A stretch of DNA of 64,000 nt, taken from Chloroflexota bacterium. Lineage in GTDB: Bacteria; Chloroflexota; Limnocylindria; Limnocylindrales; CSP1-4. Positions 26,248 through 37,905 of this stretch are shown here, piece after piece. The notes beneath the pieces are model-generated. The model ran no database searches and had not been told where the DNA came from. It saw only the letters and a program-made list of their open reading frames with translations. How positions within the stretch are numbered: position 1 is the stretch's first letter; the number at the start of each line of letters is the position of its first letter. The DNA is taken from positions 41,473-105,472 of the forward strand of contig VBEC01000018.1 in the NCBI GenBank assembly GCA_005883615.1. Direction: 5' to 3'. The position numbers and the translations under genes are program-made.

Positions 26248-29200
26248 ATGATCTGCCCCAACTGCGGTGCGGAGAATCCGGGCGAGAAGCGGTTCTGCGG
26301 CGACTGCGGCACCTCGCTCGCATCCGACTGTCCGAATTGCGGGGCCTGGAATCCGCCCGGCAAGCGGTTCTGCGGGGATTGCGGAACCGCCCTTTCCGGC
26401 GGCGACCGCCCGGCCGCCGCTGACGCCGCGGCCGGGGCCTCCGGCGACGGGCCACGCGCTGGCTCGCCGCGCGCCGCACCTGCCCACGAAGCCGAGCGGA
26501 AGTTGGTTTCGGTCTTGTTCGCCGACCTCGTCGGCTTCACCCCGTTCGCGGAGGAGCGCGACGCGGAGGAAGTCCGCGAGACGCTGTCGAGCTACTTCGA
26601 CCTCGCCAGCGACGTGATCGGGCGCTACGGGGGCACGGTCGAGAAGTTCATCGGCGACGCCGTGATGGCGGTCTGGGGAGCGCCGATCGCACGGGAGGAC
26701 GACGCCGAACGCGCCGTCCGAGCCGGCCTGGAGCTCGTCGACAGCGTTCGGGGCCTCGGCCCGACGATCCAGGCCCGAGCCGGTGTGCTGACAGGTCAGG
26801 CGGCCGTCACTGTCGGCGCGACGAACGAGGGGATGGTCGCCGGCGACCTGGTCAACACCGCAGCCCGCCTCCAGTCAGTGGCACCCCCCGGGGCTGTCCT
26901 GGTCGGCGAGACTACGCAGCGCGCGGCGGCCCAGGCGATTGCCTTCGAGCCGGTCGGCGACCAGATCCTGAAGGGCAAGACCAGCCCCGTGCCGGCCTGG
27001 CGCGCAATGCGCGTCGTGGCAGAACGCGGCGGCCGCAACCGGAGCGACGCCATCGAGGCGCCGTTCGTCGGCCGCGACGACGAGCTGCGCATGCTCAAGG
27101 ACCTGTTCCACGCGACCGGTCGCGAAAGCCGCCTCCGGCTGGTGTCCGTCGTCGGGCCCGCCGGCATCGGCAAGAGCCGGCTGGCCTGGGAATTCCTGAA
27201 GTACATCGACGGCCTCGTCGAAAACGTCTGGTGGCACGACGGCCGATCGCCGGCATACGGCGAAGGCATCAGCTTCTGGGCCCTTGGCGAGATGGTCCGC
27301 GGCCGGTGCGGCCTGCTCGAGACCGACGACGAAGCCACGACGCGAGCGAAGGTGACAGAGGCGCTCGCCCAGCACGTCCCAGACGCAGACGAGCGCGCCT
27401 GGATCGAGCCGGCGCTGCTGACGCTGCTCGGCCTCGAGTCGGGGGCCGGGTCGGAGCAGTTGTTCGCGGCGTGGCGGACGTTCTTCGAGCGTCTGGCCGC
27501 CGAGTCGCCTGTGGTGATGATCTTCGAAGACCTGCATTTCGCCGACTCCGGCCTGCTCGACTTCATCGATCACCTCCTGGACTGGAGTCGGGGACTTCCG
27601 ATCTATGTCGTCACGCTGGCAAGGCCCGAGTTGCTGGAGAAGCGGTCGAACTGGGGCGCCGGCAAACGCAATTTCGTCTCGATCTACCTGGAGCCACTGC
27701 CGGAACCGGCAATGCGCGAACTCCTCGCGGGCCTTGTCCCCGGACTCCCGGAAGCCGCCATCCGGACGATAGTCGAGCGTGCCGGCGGAATCCCTCTGTA
27801 CGCGGTCGAGACCGTGCGGATGCTCGTCGCCGAGGGGCGTCTCACCCTCCAGGGAGATGCGTACGTACCGACCGGGGACCTTGGCGGCCTCGCGATTCCC
27901 GAGACGCTGACGGCGCTGATCGCCGCACGCCTCGATGCCCTCGACCCGGCCGACCGAGCCCTGGTCCAGGACGCAGCCGTGCTCGGGCAGTCCTTCACCA
28001 CGGCCGGCCTGAGCGCGGTTGCGGGCGTCCCCGAGTCCGAGCTCGAACCCCGGCTCCGAAGCCTTGCACGTCGCGAGCTGCTCACCCTCCAGGCGGATCC
28101 GCGGAGCCCGGAACGCGGGCAATTCGCCTTCGTCCAGGCTCTGATCCGCGAGGTTGCTTACAACACGCTCGCGAAACGCGACCGGAAGGTGCGGCACCTG
28201 GCCGCTGCCCGTTTTTTCGAGGGATTGGGTACGGACGAACTGGCTGGCGCTCTCGCGGGGCACTATCTCGCGGCGCATGCCAACGCCCCGGAAGGCGAGG
28301 AGGCCGACGCGCTGGCAGGCCAGGCCAGGATTGCGCTCGCGGCAGCCGCGGAACGGGCAGCAGCCCTGGGTGCCCACGACCAGGCGGTGGCCTTCCTGGA
28401 GCAGGCGATCGACGTAGCTGCAGCGCCCGCCGACCAGGCTGCGCTCCTGGAGCGGGCCGCGGTCTCGGCGACCACGGCCGCCCACTATTCGCGCGGCGAA
28501 GCCCTTGCCCGCCGGGCGGTGGAGATCTACCAGGCGAGTGGCGACGCGGATGCCGCGGCGCGCGCGACCACCGTCCTCGCGGCGGCGATGATCGATGGCA
28601 GTGATCTTGAGGCCAGCCTCGGCCTGCTCGAGGATGCGTTGAAGGCGTCAGAGGGCAAGGTCAGCCCGGAGGCGCGGGCCCGCTTGCTTTCCAGCTTGGG
28701 CCGCGTCTACATGCGGCTCAGTCGCTACGCGGAAGGCGCGGCAGCCGCAGACCAGGCGCTCGCGCTCGCCGAGCCCCTTCGGCTCGACGACGTCGTCGCC
28801 GAGGCCATGGTGAACCGCGCGTCCTCGATTTCCGGGGTGGGAAGGATTCGCGAGGCCGTCGCGCTGATGCGTGCCGCGATCGATCTCGCGCGGCTCGCCG
28901 GGCTGGCCAGCCTGGAGCTGCGGGCTACCAACAACCTCGGGGCTTCCGTCTGGGCCGACGAGCCAAGAGCCTCCTGGGACGCAGGACGGGCGGCCCTCGG
29001 TCTCGCCGAGCGCGTCGGCGATCAGCAGATGTCCCGCTGGCTTCGGAGCGCGAATGCGATGACAGCTTTCGGATTCGCTGCCGACTGGGACAGCGAGCTT
29101 CGAGTATTGGACGAGCTCCTGAGCGAAGACCTCGAGGAGAACGATCGGGTGTCCGCACTCGCGGTGTCTTTATGGTTCCGGTTCGCTCGCGGAGAGGGCT

Positions 29201-29814
29201 CCGATGCGGGCCTGGCCGCTGTCGACGCCGCGGTGGCAGAAATGAGCAACCCTCAACCCAGGTTCATGGCCGCCTGGGCACACGTCATGCACGGCGTCGC
29301 GTCGGGCGACTTCAACGAAATCAGTGTTTACGGGGAGAGGGTCCTCTTGATCGACCCGGCCGATCCCATCCCGACCTATTACCTGGGTCGGATGGCGTTG
29401 TGGAATCGCGACCCTGAAGGCCTCAGGGGCTCCATAGCGAATATTGAAGCCACTCCTACCGGCCGGCAAGCAGTGCCTCGGGCCCAGACCGCGACCCTCG
29501 TCGCCGGGTTGGCCGCACTCGAAGGCCGAACGACCGAGGCCCTCGCCTTGTACCGCGAAGCAGTCCGAGCCTGGGAAGCGATCGATCAGGAATGGGATTT
29601 GGCCATGTGCGGGATCGACATGGCTACCGTGCTCGATCCCTCGATACCGGATGTTCGCGCAGCGAGCGACAAGGCTCGGATGATCTTCACTCGAGTCGGC
29701 GCCAAACCGTACCTCGCCAAGCTCGACGCCCTTCTGGCCCGCCGGCCCGCTGCAACCGTTCAGGACCGAACCGCCGAGTCACCTCCGGTGCCTGCCGAGG
29801 ATCTTGCCGTCTAG
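26248..29814 (+). CDS. Multidomain signalling NTPase: double zinc-ribbon, class III nucleotidyl cyclase (CHD), STAND/NB-ARC-like AAA ATPase, and TPR-like helical repeats
   Basis: AGGAGCGG RBS before the ATG at 26248. CPNCGAENPGEKRFCGDCG and CPNCGAWNPPGKRFCGDCG zinc ribbons. Cyclase motifs (VLFADLVGFT...FIGDAVMAVWGAP). Walker A GPAGIGKSRL and Walker B VVMIFEDLHFAD. A long helical-repeat C-terminus. The track's 1311-aa ORF from 25879 is an upstream extension. Confidence 0.85.
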   Translation: MICPNCGAENPGEKRFCGDCGTSLASDCPNCGAWNPPGKRFCGDCGTALSGGDRPAAADAAAGASGDGPRAGSPRAAPAHEAERKLVSVLFADLVGFTPFAEERDAEEVRETLSSYFDLASDVIGRYGGTVEKFIGDAVMAVWGAPIAREDDAERAVRAGLELVDSVRGLGPTIQARAGVLTGQAAVTVGATNEGMVAGDLVNTAARLQSVAPPGAVLVGETTQRAAAQAIAFEPVGDQILKGKTSPVPAWRAMRVVAERGGRNRSDAIEAPFVGRDDELRMLKDLFHATGRESRLRLVSVVGPAGIGKSRLAWEFLKYIDGLVENVWWHDGRSPAYGEGISFWALGEMVRGRCGLLETDDEATTRAKVTEALAQHVPDADERAWIEPALLTLLGLESGAGSEQLFAAWRTFFERLAAESPVVMIFEDLHFADSGLLDFIDHLLDWSRGLPIYVVTLARPELLEKRSNWGAGKRNFVSIYLEPLPEPAMRELLAGLVPGLPEAAIRTIVERAGGIPLYAVETVRMLVAEGRLTLQGDAYVPTGDLGGLAIPETLTALIAARLDALDPADRALVQDAAVLGQSFTTAGLSAVAGVPESELEPRLRSLARRELLTLQADPRSPERGQFAFVQALIREVAYNTLAKRDRKVRHLAAARFFEGLGTDELAGALAGHYLAAHANAPEGEEADALAGQARIALAAAAERAAALGAHDQAVAFLEQAIDVAAAPADQAALLERAAVSATTAAHYSRGEALARRAVEIYQASGDADAAARATTVLAAAMIDGSDLEASLGLLEDALKASEGKVSPEARARLLSSLGRVYMRLSRYAEGAAAADQALALAEPLRLDDVVAEAMVNRASSISGVGRIREAVALMRAAIDLARLAGLASLELRATNNLGASVWADEPRASWDAGRAALGLAERVGDQQMSRWLRSANAMTAFGFAADWDSELRVLDELLSEDLEENDRVSALAVSLWFRFARGEGSDAGLAAVDAAVAEMSNPQPRFMAAWAHVMHGVASGDFNEISVYGERVLLIDPADPIPTYYLGRMALWNRDPEGLRGSIANIEATPTGRQAVPRAQTATLVAGLAALEGRTTEALALYREAVRAWEAIDQEWDLAMCGIDMATVLDPSIPDVRAASDKARMIFTRVGAKPYLAKLDALLARRPAATVQDRTAESPPVPAEDLAV

Positions 29815-29936
29815 ATTCGCGTCCAGACGGGAGGCGGCGCGGGTTCCGGGCTCGATTCTTGAACGCTGGACTCGGTGATCCACTCTTGAACCAGTGGACG
29901 CGCCCCCCAATTGGACGCACCGAAGGGCCCGGGCAG

Positions 29937-30491
29937 ATGGATCGCGACCTCGTGGAGCAGGCTCAACAGGGCGACCGGGAGGCGTTTGCCATCCTGGCTC
30001 GTTCGCGCGGGGACAGGCTCTTCGCCATCGCGAATCGAATTCTCCGGGATGTCACCCGATCCGAGGATGCCGTTCAGCAGGCGCTGGTGATCGCCTGGCG
30101 CGAGCTGCGGCGGCTCCGAGATCCGGATCTCTTCGACGCCTGGCTGCAGCGGCTCCTGGTTCATGCCTGCTACCGCGAGGCCCGCCGAATGCGCGCCTGG
30201 AGCGCGAACGTCCGTTTCCTGCCGATCGACGGACCGGCTGTCCCGGACAACACGCTCGCGGTGGCCCACCGGGACCAGCTCGAACGCGGATTCCGGCGGC
30301 TGCCACCCGAGCAGCGGGCGATTCTCGTCATGCATCACTACCTGGGGCTGGAACCGGCCGAGATCGCGGAAACGCTCGGCATACCGGCCGGCACGGCTCG
30401 CTCCAGGCTCCACTACGCCCATCGGGCCATGCGCGCGGCTCTCGAGGCCGACGAGCGGGTGCCCGTCGCTGTCGGAGGGCGAGCGTCATGA
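29937..30491 (+). CDS. ECF-subfamily RNA polymerase sigma-70 factor
   Basis: Region 2 (FDAWLQRLLVHACYREARR) and region 4 (EQRAILVMHHYLGLEPAEIAETLGIPAGTARSRLHYA) motifs. 184 aa. Confidence 0.85.
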   Translation: MDRDLVEQAQQGDREAFAILARSRGDRLFAIANRILRDVTRSEDAVQQALVIAWRELRRLRDPDLFDAWLQRLLVHACYREARRMRAWSANVRFLPIDGPAVPDNTLAVAHRDQLERGFRRLPPEQRAILVMHHYLGLEPAEIAETLGIPAGTARSRLHYAHRAMRAALEADERVPVAVGGRAS

Positions 30492-31633
30492 CGGCAAAGA
30501 CTGACTTCGACCGCGTCCTCGACGCCTTCCTGGCCGAGGGACCTGAGACGATCCCCGATCGGGTGATCGACGAGGCGCTCTCCGAGATCAATCGAACGCC
30601 ACAGCGGCCGGCCATCCGTCTGCCGCGGAGTGTGTCCAGGATGCCCGCCTCGCTGCGACTGCTCGCCGTCGCCGCCGTCATTGCGACAGCGACTGGCATC
30701 GCGTTCACCCTCGCCGGGGGCACTCGTCCGCCTACGCCCCCGAGCCCGCCTCCGGCATCGGCGTTCGACGGAACTCTTTCGATCCCCCTGATTGGAAGCT
30801 GGACGTCGAACCTGACCGCCGCCAGTGGCCTGCCCGCTGGCCGGTATCAGCTCGACCTTGCGATCGACGCAGGCCTCGCCGGTCCGGATGCGGGTGCGAT
30901 TCCCATATCGCTGGGGGGCGTCAAGTCGATCGCATCGAACATCATCAATTTCGGACCGACGGGCTCGTGTCGCGATACGGGTGGCTATTCCTGGTCGCTC
31001 ACCCGTGACCGCTTCGAGCTCACGCTCAAAGCTGCCGGGGATACCTGCGCATCGCGACGATCTGCGTTGACGCTCTCGACGTGGCGTCGATACGCCGTCG
31101 GCGTTCCGACTCCCGGCTTCGTCTACCTGGCCGACGATGTGGCTCCCGGGATCAAATTCACGGCGCCGGCCGGCCTTGGGCGGGCTCGATTTTCGACCAG
31201 CGACCAACCCTACAAGTTCAACCTCGGCAGCAGGGACGAGGGCTTCACCATGTCGATCACGTTCAATTCGCCCGTACCTGTCGATCCATGCGATGAAGGC
31301 TCTGCCCTCCGGGCGCCCCTCAAGACGCTCTACGAATACCAGAAGTGGCTGTTGACATCGAACATGCGGATGATGGTCTTCCAGGATCCCTTCGAGATAG
31401 GTGGACACAACGGGTTCAAGATGGATGTCACCGGAAAGTCCAGCTGCAGGAACCTGCCCGATCACACTCCTGGCCAGGACCTCGGTTGGACCTTCCAGGG
31501 TGTGGAGACGTGGCGCTACGTCTTCGACATGGGCGAAGGGAAGCTCCTCGCCGTGAATGTCAATTGGTTCAAGTACGACTCGGATCAGGCCAAGGCCATC
31601 GACCAGCTCGTCGAATCCTTCACCTTCCCGTAG
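30488..31633 (+). CDS. Putative anti-sigma factor: short cytoplasmic N-terminus, one TM helix, large extracytoplasmic domain
   Basis: ATGA overlap with the sigma gene's stop codon. TM helix LRLLAVAAVIATATGIAFTLAGG, then a ~300-aa C-terminal domain. Confidence 0.6.
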   Translation: MTAKTDFDRVLDAFLAEGPETIPDRVIDEALSEINRTPQRPAIRLPRSVSRMPASLRLLAVAAVIATATGIAFTLAGGTRPPTPPSPPPASAFDGTLSIPLIGSWTSNLTAASGLPAGRYQLDLAIDAGLAGPDAGAIPISLGGVKSIASNIINFGPTGSCRDTGGYSWSLTRDRFELTLKAAGDTCASRRSALTLSTWRRYAVGVPTPGFVYLADDVAPGIKFTAPAGLGRARFSTSDQPYKFNLGSRDEGFTMSITFNSPVPVDPCDEGSALRAPLKTLYEYQKWLLTSNMRMMVFQDPFEIGGHNGFKMDVTGKSSCRNLPDHTPGQDLGWTFQGVETWRYVFDMGEGKLLAVNVNWFKYDSDQAKAIDQLVESFTFP

Positions 31634-31653
31634 TCGTGGGCGACCGGAATCCA

Positions 31654-31690
31654 AAGGGCCCGACCTATTGGCCGGGCCCTTTTGCTTTTC
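31654..31690. terminator. Bidirectional rho-independent terminator between convergent anti-sigma and rpoD genes
   Basis: Stem AAGGGCCCG / CGGGCCCTT (9 bp) with a 10-nt loop, followed by TTTTGCTTTT on the + strand. Confidence 0.6.
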
Positions 31691-31706
31691 GCGCTGGGCG
31701 GCAGCT

Positions 31707-33290
31707 TTACGCTGCGAACTCCCGTAGCTTTCGGCTCCGCGAGGGGTGGCGCAGCTTGCGCAGCGCCAGCGACTCGATCTGGCGGATGCGCTCCCGCGTC
31801 AGGCCGAACTCTCGTCCGACCTCCTCGAGCGTCCGGGCGTGCCCGTCGTCGAGCCCGAACCGCAGGCGCAGCACGCGCTGCTCTCGGCCATCGAGGCTGT
31901 CGAGCACTCGCTGCAGCTGCTCCTTCAGCATCTGGTCGGTGACCGCATCGAGCGGGGAGATGGCATTCGGGTCGGGCAGCAGCGTGCCCAGCTCGCTGTC
32001 CTCCTCCTCGCCGACCGGCGACTCGAGGGATATCGGGTCGCGGCCCAGTCGCTGGATCTCCTCGACCCGCTCAGGCGTGAGCGCGGTCTTGGGATCCCGC
32101 GAGAGGACCTCGGAGATTTCCTCGTGCGTCGGCTGCCGGCCGAACTCTCCGGTCAGGTCGCGCGTGACGCGCGCGATCCGGCTCATCGTCTCCACCATGT
32201 GGACGGGGATGCGGATGGTCCGCGACTGGTCCGCCAGCCCTCGCTGGATCGCCTGGCGGATCCACCAGGTCGCATACGTCGAGAACTTGAAGCCTCGCTC
32301 GTACTCGAACTTGTCGACCGCCCGCATCAGGCCCGCGTTGCCCTCCTGGACCAGGTCCAGCAGCGGCATGCCGCGGTTCATGTACTTCTTGGCGTTCGAT
32401 ACGACCAGCCGAAGGTTTGCCGATGTCAGGTGCTCGCGGGATCGACGCCCGAGCGCGACCAGCACCCCTTCGCCCTCGCCCTGGTAGCCCATCGCCGCCA
32501 GGAGCTTCTTCTCACGACCCGACTCGATCCAGCGCTGAAGCGCCGGGAGCGCGACCTCGTTGCGCGCCCAGTCGTACATCGCCCGCAAGGGCTTGATCTC
32601 GCGGACCTCGGCCTTGGCGCCCCCGAACGCGAGGCTGACCCAGTCCAGTAGGTTGGTGAACGACTCGACGTCGAGCTGCTCGTTGTAGACCATGCGCAGG
32701 GTCACCGCCCGCGCGAGGATCTCCCGCGTGTAGTCCTTCGCCTCGTCGTGGGCAGCCGTCAGCCCGAACTTCGGTGCCGTCATGAGAAGCTCGCCCGCGC
32801 CCTCGTCGGCGAGAGCCGCCTTGACGATCCGATGCGCCTCGGTCCCGAACGGCAGGACGTACTGCGTCTTGGCCGTGCGTGTCTTGGATTCGGTGTCGTG
32901 TAGCGTCCACTCGTGGAGGCTCAGGATCGCCTTCCAGGGCTCGTCCTGGATCTGCAGTCCAAGCTCTATGCCCTTGGCGAGGACGACTTCCTCCTCGGCC
33001 GTGAGCAGCGGCACGCGCGAGATCTCCCGCAGGTACAGCCGCACCGAGTCCTCGGTGTCGGCTTCGACCTCTTCGGGGATCTCCGGCTCGTCCGCGTCGG
33101 GATCAGTGATTGGTTGGATTTTCTTGGCGGGACGCGCAATCACGTCGGCCGCCTGGTCGAGTGCCCCCTCGGGCGCCTTGGCGATCTCGGCCGCCTCGGC
33201 CGCCTCGTCGGCAAGCACGGACTCGAGGTCGCCGGTCGTCGGCTCCTCGATAGGATCGGTCGCTGGGTCAATTACCTGGATCAAGTTCAC
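31707..33290 (-). CDS. rpoD: Primary (group 1) sigma-70 factor RpoD/SigA with an acidic N-terminal extension
   Basis: Regions 1.2-4.2 are conserved ([10 protein letters not shown]..., ...[10 protein letters not shown]..., ...[20 protein letters not shown]...). N-terminal start assigned to GTG at 33290 (TTG at 33284 also possible). Confidence 0.85.
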   Translation of the reverse strand: MNLIQVIDPATDPIEEPTTGDLESVLADEAAEAAEIAKAPEGALDQAADVIARPAKKIQPITDPDADEPEIPEEVEADTEDSVRLYLREISRVPLLTAEEEVVLAKGIELGLQIQDEPWKAILSLHEWTLHDTESKTRTAKTQYVLPFGTEAHRIVKAALADEGAGELLMTAPKFGLTAAHDEAKDYTREILARAVTLRMVYNEQLDVESFTNLLDWVSLAFGGAKAEVREIKPLRAMYDWARNEVALPALQRWIESGREKKLLAAMGYQGEGEGVLVALGRRSREHLTSANLRLVVSNAKKYMNRGMPLLDLVQEGNAGLMRAVDKFEYERGFKFSTYATWWIRQAIQRGLADQSRTIRIPVHMVETMSRIARVTRDLTGEFGRQPTHEEISEVLSRDPKTALTPERVEEIQRLGRDPISLESPVGEEEDSELGTLLPDPNAISPLDAVTDQMLKEQLQRVLDSLDGREQRVLRLRFGLDDGHARTLEEVGREFGLTRERIRQIESLALRKLRHPSRSRKLREFAA

Positions 33291-33428
33291 TCCGTATAGC
33301 CGTTCTCTGGGCCGCCTACACCGCGCACATGCAGGCAGAACACGCTCGTATTGGAAATTGGTGCCGCCCGCACCCGAAAGCCCGACCGGCCGCACCCCCG
33401 ATCCCGCGCCAGACCGGACACACGTAAC

Positions 33429-33491
33429 GGCGTGTCAACTCTTGACACGCCTGTCGATCCATATTCTAGCGATTACGGCCGATTCTGGCAA
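33429..33491 (-). promoter_or_regulatory. Candidate rpoD promoter (TTGCCA-17-TAGAAT on the - strand) with the perfect palindrome GGCGTGTCAActcTTGACACGCC just downstream of the predicted transcription start
   Basis: The -35 is the revcomp of 33486-33491, the -10 the revcomp of 33463-33468. The 10-bp inverted repeat is at 33429-33451. Confidence 0.35.
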
Positions 33492-33560
33492 GAGGTAAGT
33501 CAATACTCCTGTGGGGTATTCCCGCAAAGAGCGACACCGGCCGAGTTGAGGGCGGCAGCC

Positions 33561-36815
<3,255 letters not shown>

Positions 36816-36870
36816 GTGTGCTGTCCTCCAATGCCGGGTCTTCTCCGGCGTTCATCCCCATTCGGTTCTT

Positions 36871-36975
36871 GCCGTCTCGCGGCTGCCGTTCCGCGGCTGC
36901 CGTTCCGCGGCTGCCGTTCCGCGGCTGCCGTTCCGCGGCTGCCGTTCCGCGGCTGCCGTTCCGCGGCTGCCGTCT
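36871..36975. repeat. 14-bp tandem repeat (GCGGCTGCCGTTCC) x 6 perfect plus 1 degenerate copy, 60-160 nt upstream of the nrdJ start codon
   Basis: Successive GCGG units begin at 36878, 36892, 36906, 36920, 36934, 36948 and 36962. The six-frame translations show the matching 14-aa periodic repeat. Confidence 0.85.
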
Positions 36976-37250
36976 CTGCGGTCCTTGCGATCCTTGCCGT
37001 CTCTCCCGGCGACCGTCCTGGCGATCGCTCCATTGCTTTGGGCCCGGCTCCTCTTGGGCCTGCTGCGATCGCGCTGCCGGGGCGATCCGCGTAGCTACGG
37101 GGAGCCAATCAAAATCCCTTGCTCGACCGCGTGAAGGTGGTCGCCGCCAGCCTCTTGCCTTGAGGCCGGCGAGTGTCCCGGGAGCGTCTCTCACGTGGAT
37201 CGAGCGATCCTCGAAGAATACGCCGGGCACCATGGTCAGTCAAGACCAAA

Positions 37251-37300
37251 ACACAAGATGTAGTGGTGCGATTTGGTTGCAGACCGCTACATATTGGGAC
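37251..37300. promoter_or_regulatory. Two NrdR-box-like palindromes (ACACAAGATGTAGTGG at 37251-37266 and CCGCTACATATTGGGA at 37285-37300) upstream of nrdJ
   Basis: Matches to the NrdR-box consensus acaCwAtATaTwGtgt are 13/16 and 11/16. Tandem arrangement ~34 bp centre-to-centre. Confidence 0.4.
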
Positions 37301-37301
37301 A

Positions 37302-37424
37302 GTGGACGTTCCGGTGGATTTCCTGGGCGGTCGTGGTGGATAGATTGCGGGCGTCGGTGGATTGGCCGTGGACGGGTGGGTGGATCGGCGGTGGACAGTC
37401 GGTGGACAGGTGGGCTGAAGTGGA
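37302..37424. repeat. Array of nine phased GTGGA(T/C) motifs at 11-12 bp spacing; the reverse complements (cTATCCACc / cTGTCCACc) are DnaA-box-like
   Basis: GTGGA starts at 37302, 37314, 37336, 37357, 37368, 37379, 37391, 37403 and 37420, in the nrdJ/trpB2 divergent intergenic region. Confidence 0.5.
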
Positions 37425-37717
37425 TCCTCGGGCGTGTTCTGGGTGCGTATAGACTACTCAATATCGAACGGACGTTCTAGAGTGGCAGCGCGCGTTGTCT
37501 CCGGCGCGGGTGAGGTCCGGGCGCGGCGCGCACTCGGTTGTCCCAGATACGAATGGGGGTGGTGGTAACGGCGAGGAGCGCCCGCTCTCGCCCGGTTGAT
37601 GGTCCGGAACATCCTGGGCGAGCATGGGCCGGGACAATGGGGGAGGCGGCCCCAGCCTCAGAGATCGGGCGAGGCAGTTTGCACCACGGGGATTGGTAAA
37701 CGGCGCAATGCCGGGGC

Positions 37718-37905
37718 CGCGCGTGGGAGGCCACCGCCGGCAGCCGCGTTTCGCGCCGCGCGTGGGAGGCCAACCGCGGGCGGCCGCGTTTCGCGCCCCG
37801 GGCGGCCGCGTTTCGCGCCGCAGGCGGCGCCCCGGGCGGCCGCGTTTCGCGCCGCGGGTGGGAGGCCACCGCGGACGGCAGGCGGCCGCGTTCGGGAGGC
37901 GACCG
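37718..37905. repeat. Degenerate ~20-40-nt tandem repeats (core GGGCGGCCGCGTTTCGCGCC x4-5, interspersed with GCGTGGGAGGCCACCGC) 120-300 nt upstream of trpB2
   Basis: GCCGCGTTTCGCGCC recurs at 37744, 37783, 37805 and 37840, with a variant at 37884. Each copy can fold into a short CGCG-UUU-CGCG hairpin. Confidence 0.7.

Noticed and set aside
36871-36975. 14-bp tandem array as a CRISPR array
   Set aside because: Period 14 bp with no unique spacers, and no cas genes in the window.
37302-37500. Chromosomal origin (oriC) interpretation of the DnaA-box-like cluster plus AT-richer stretch
   Set aside because: No dnaA/dnaN/rpmH/gyrB nearby and the AT-rich segment is only ~35 nt. Kept as a low-probability alternative inside the DnaA-box finding, not called as a feature.
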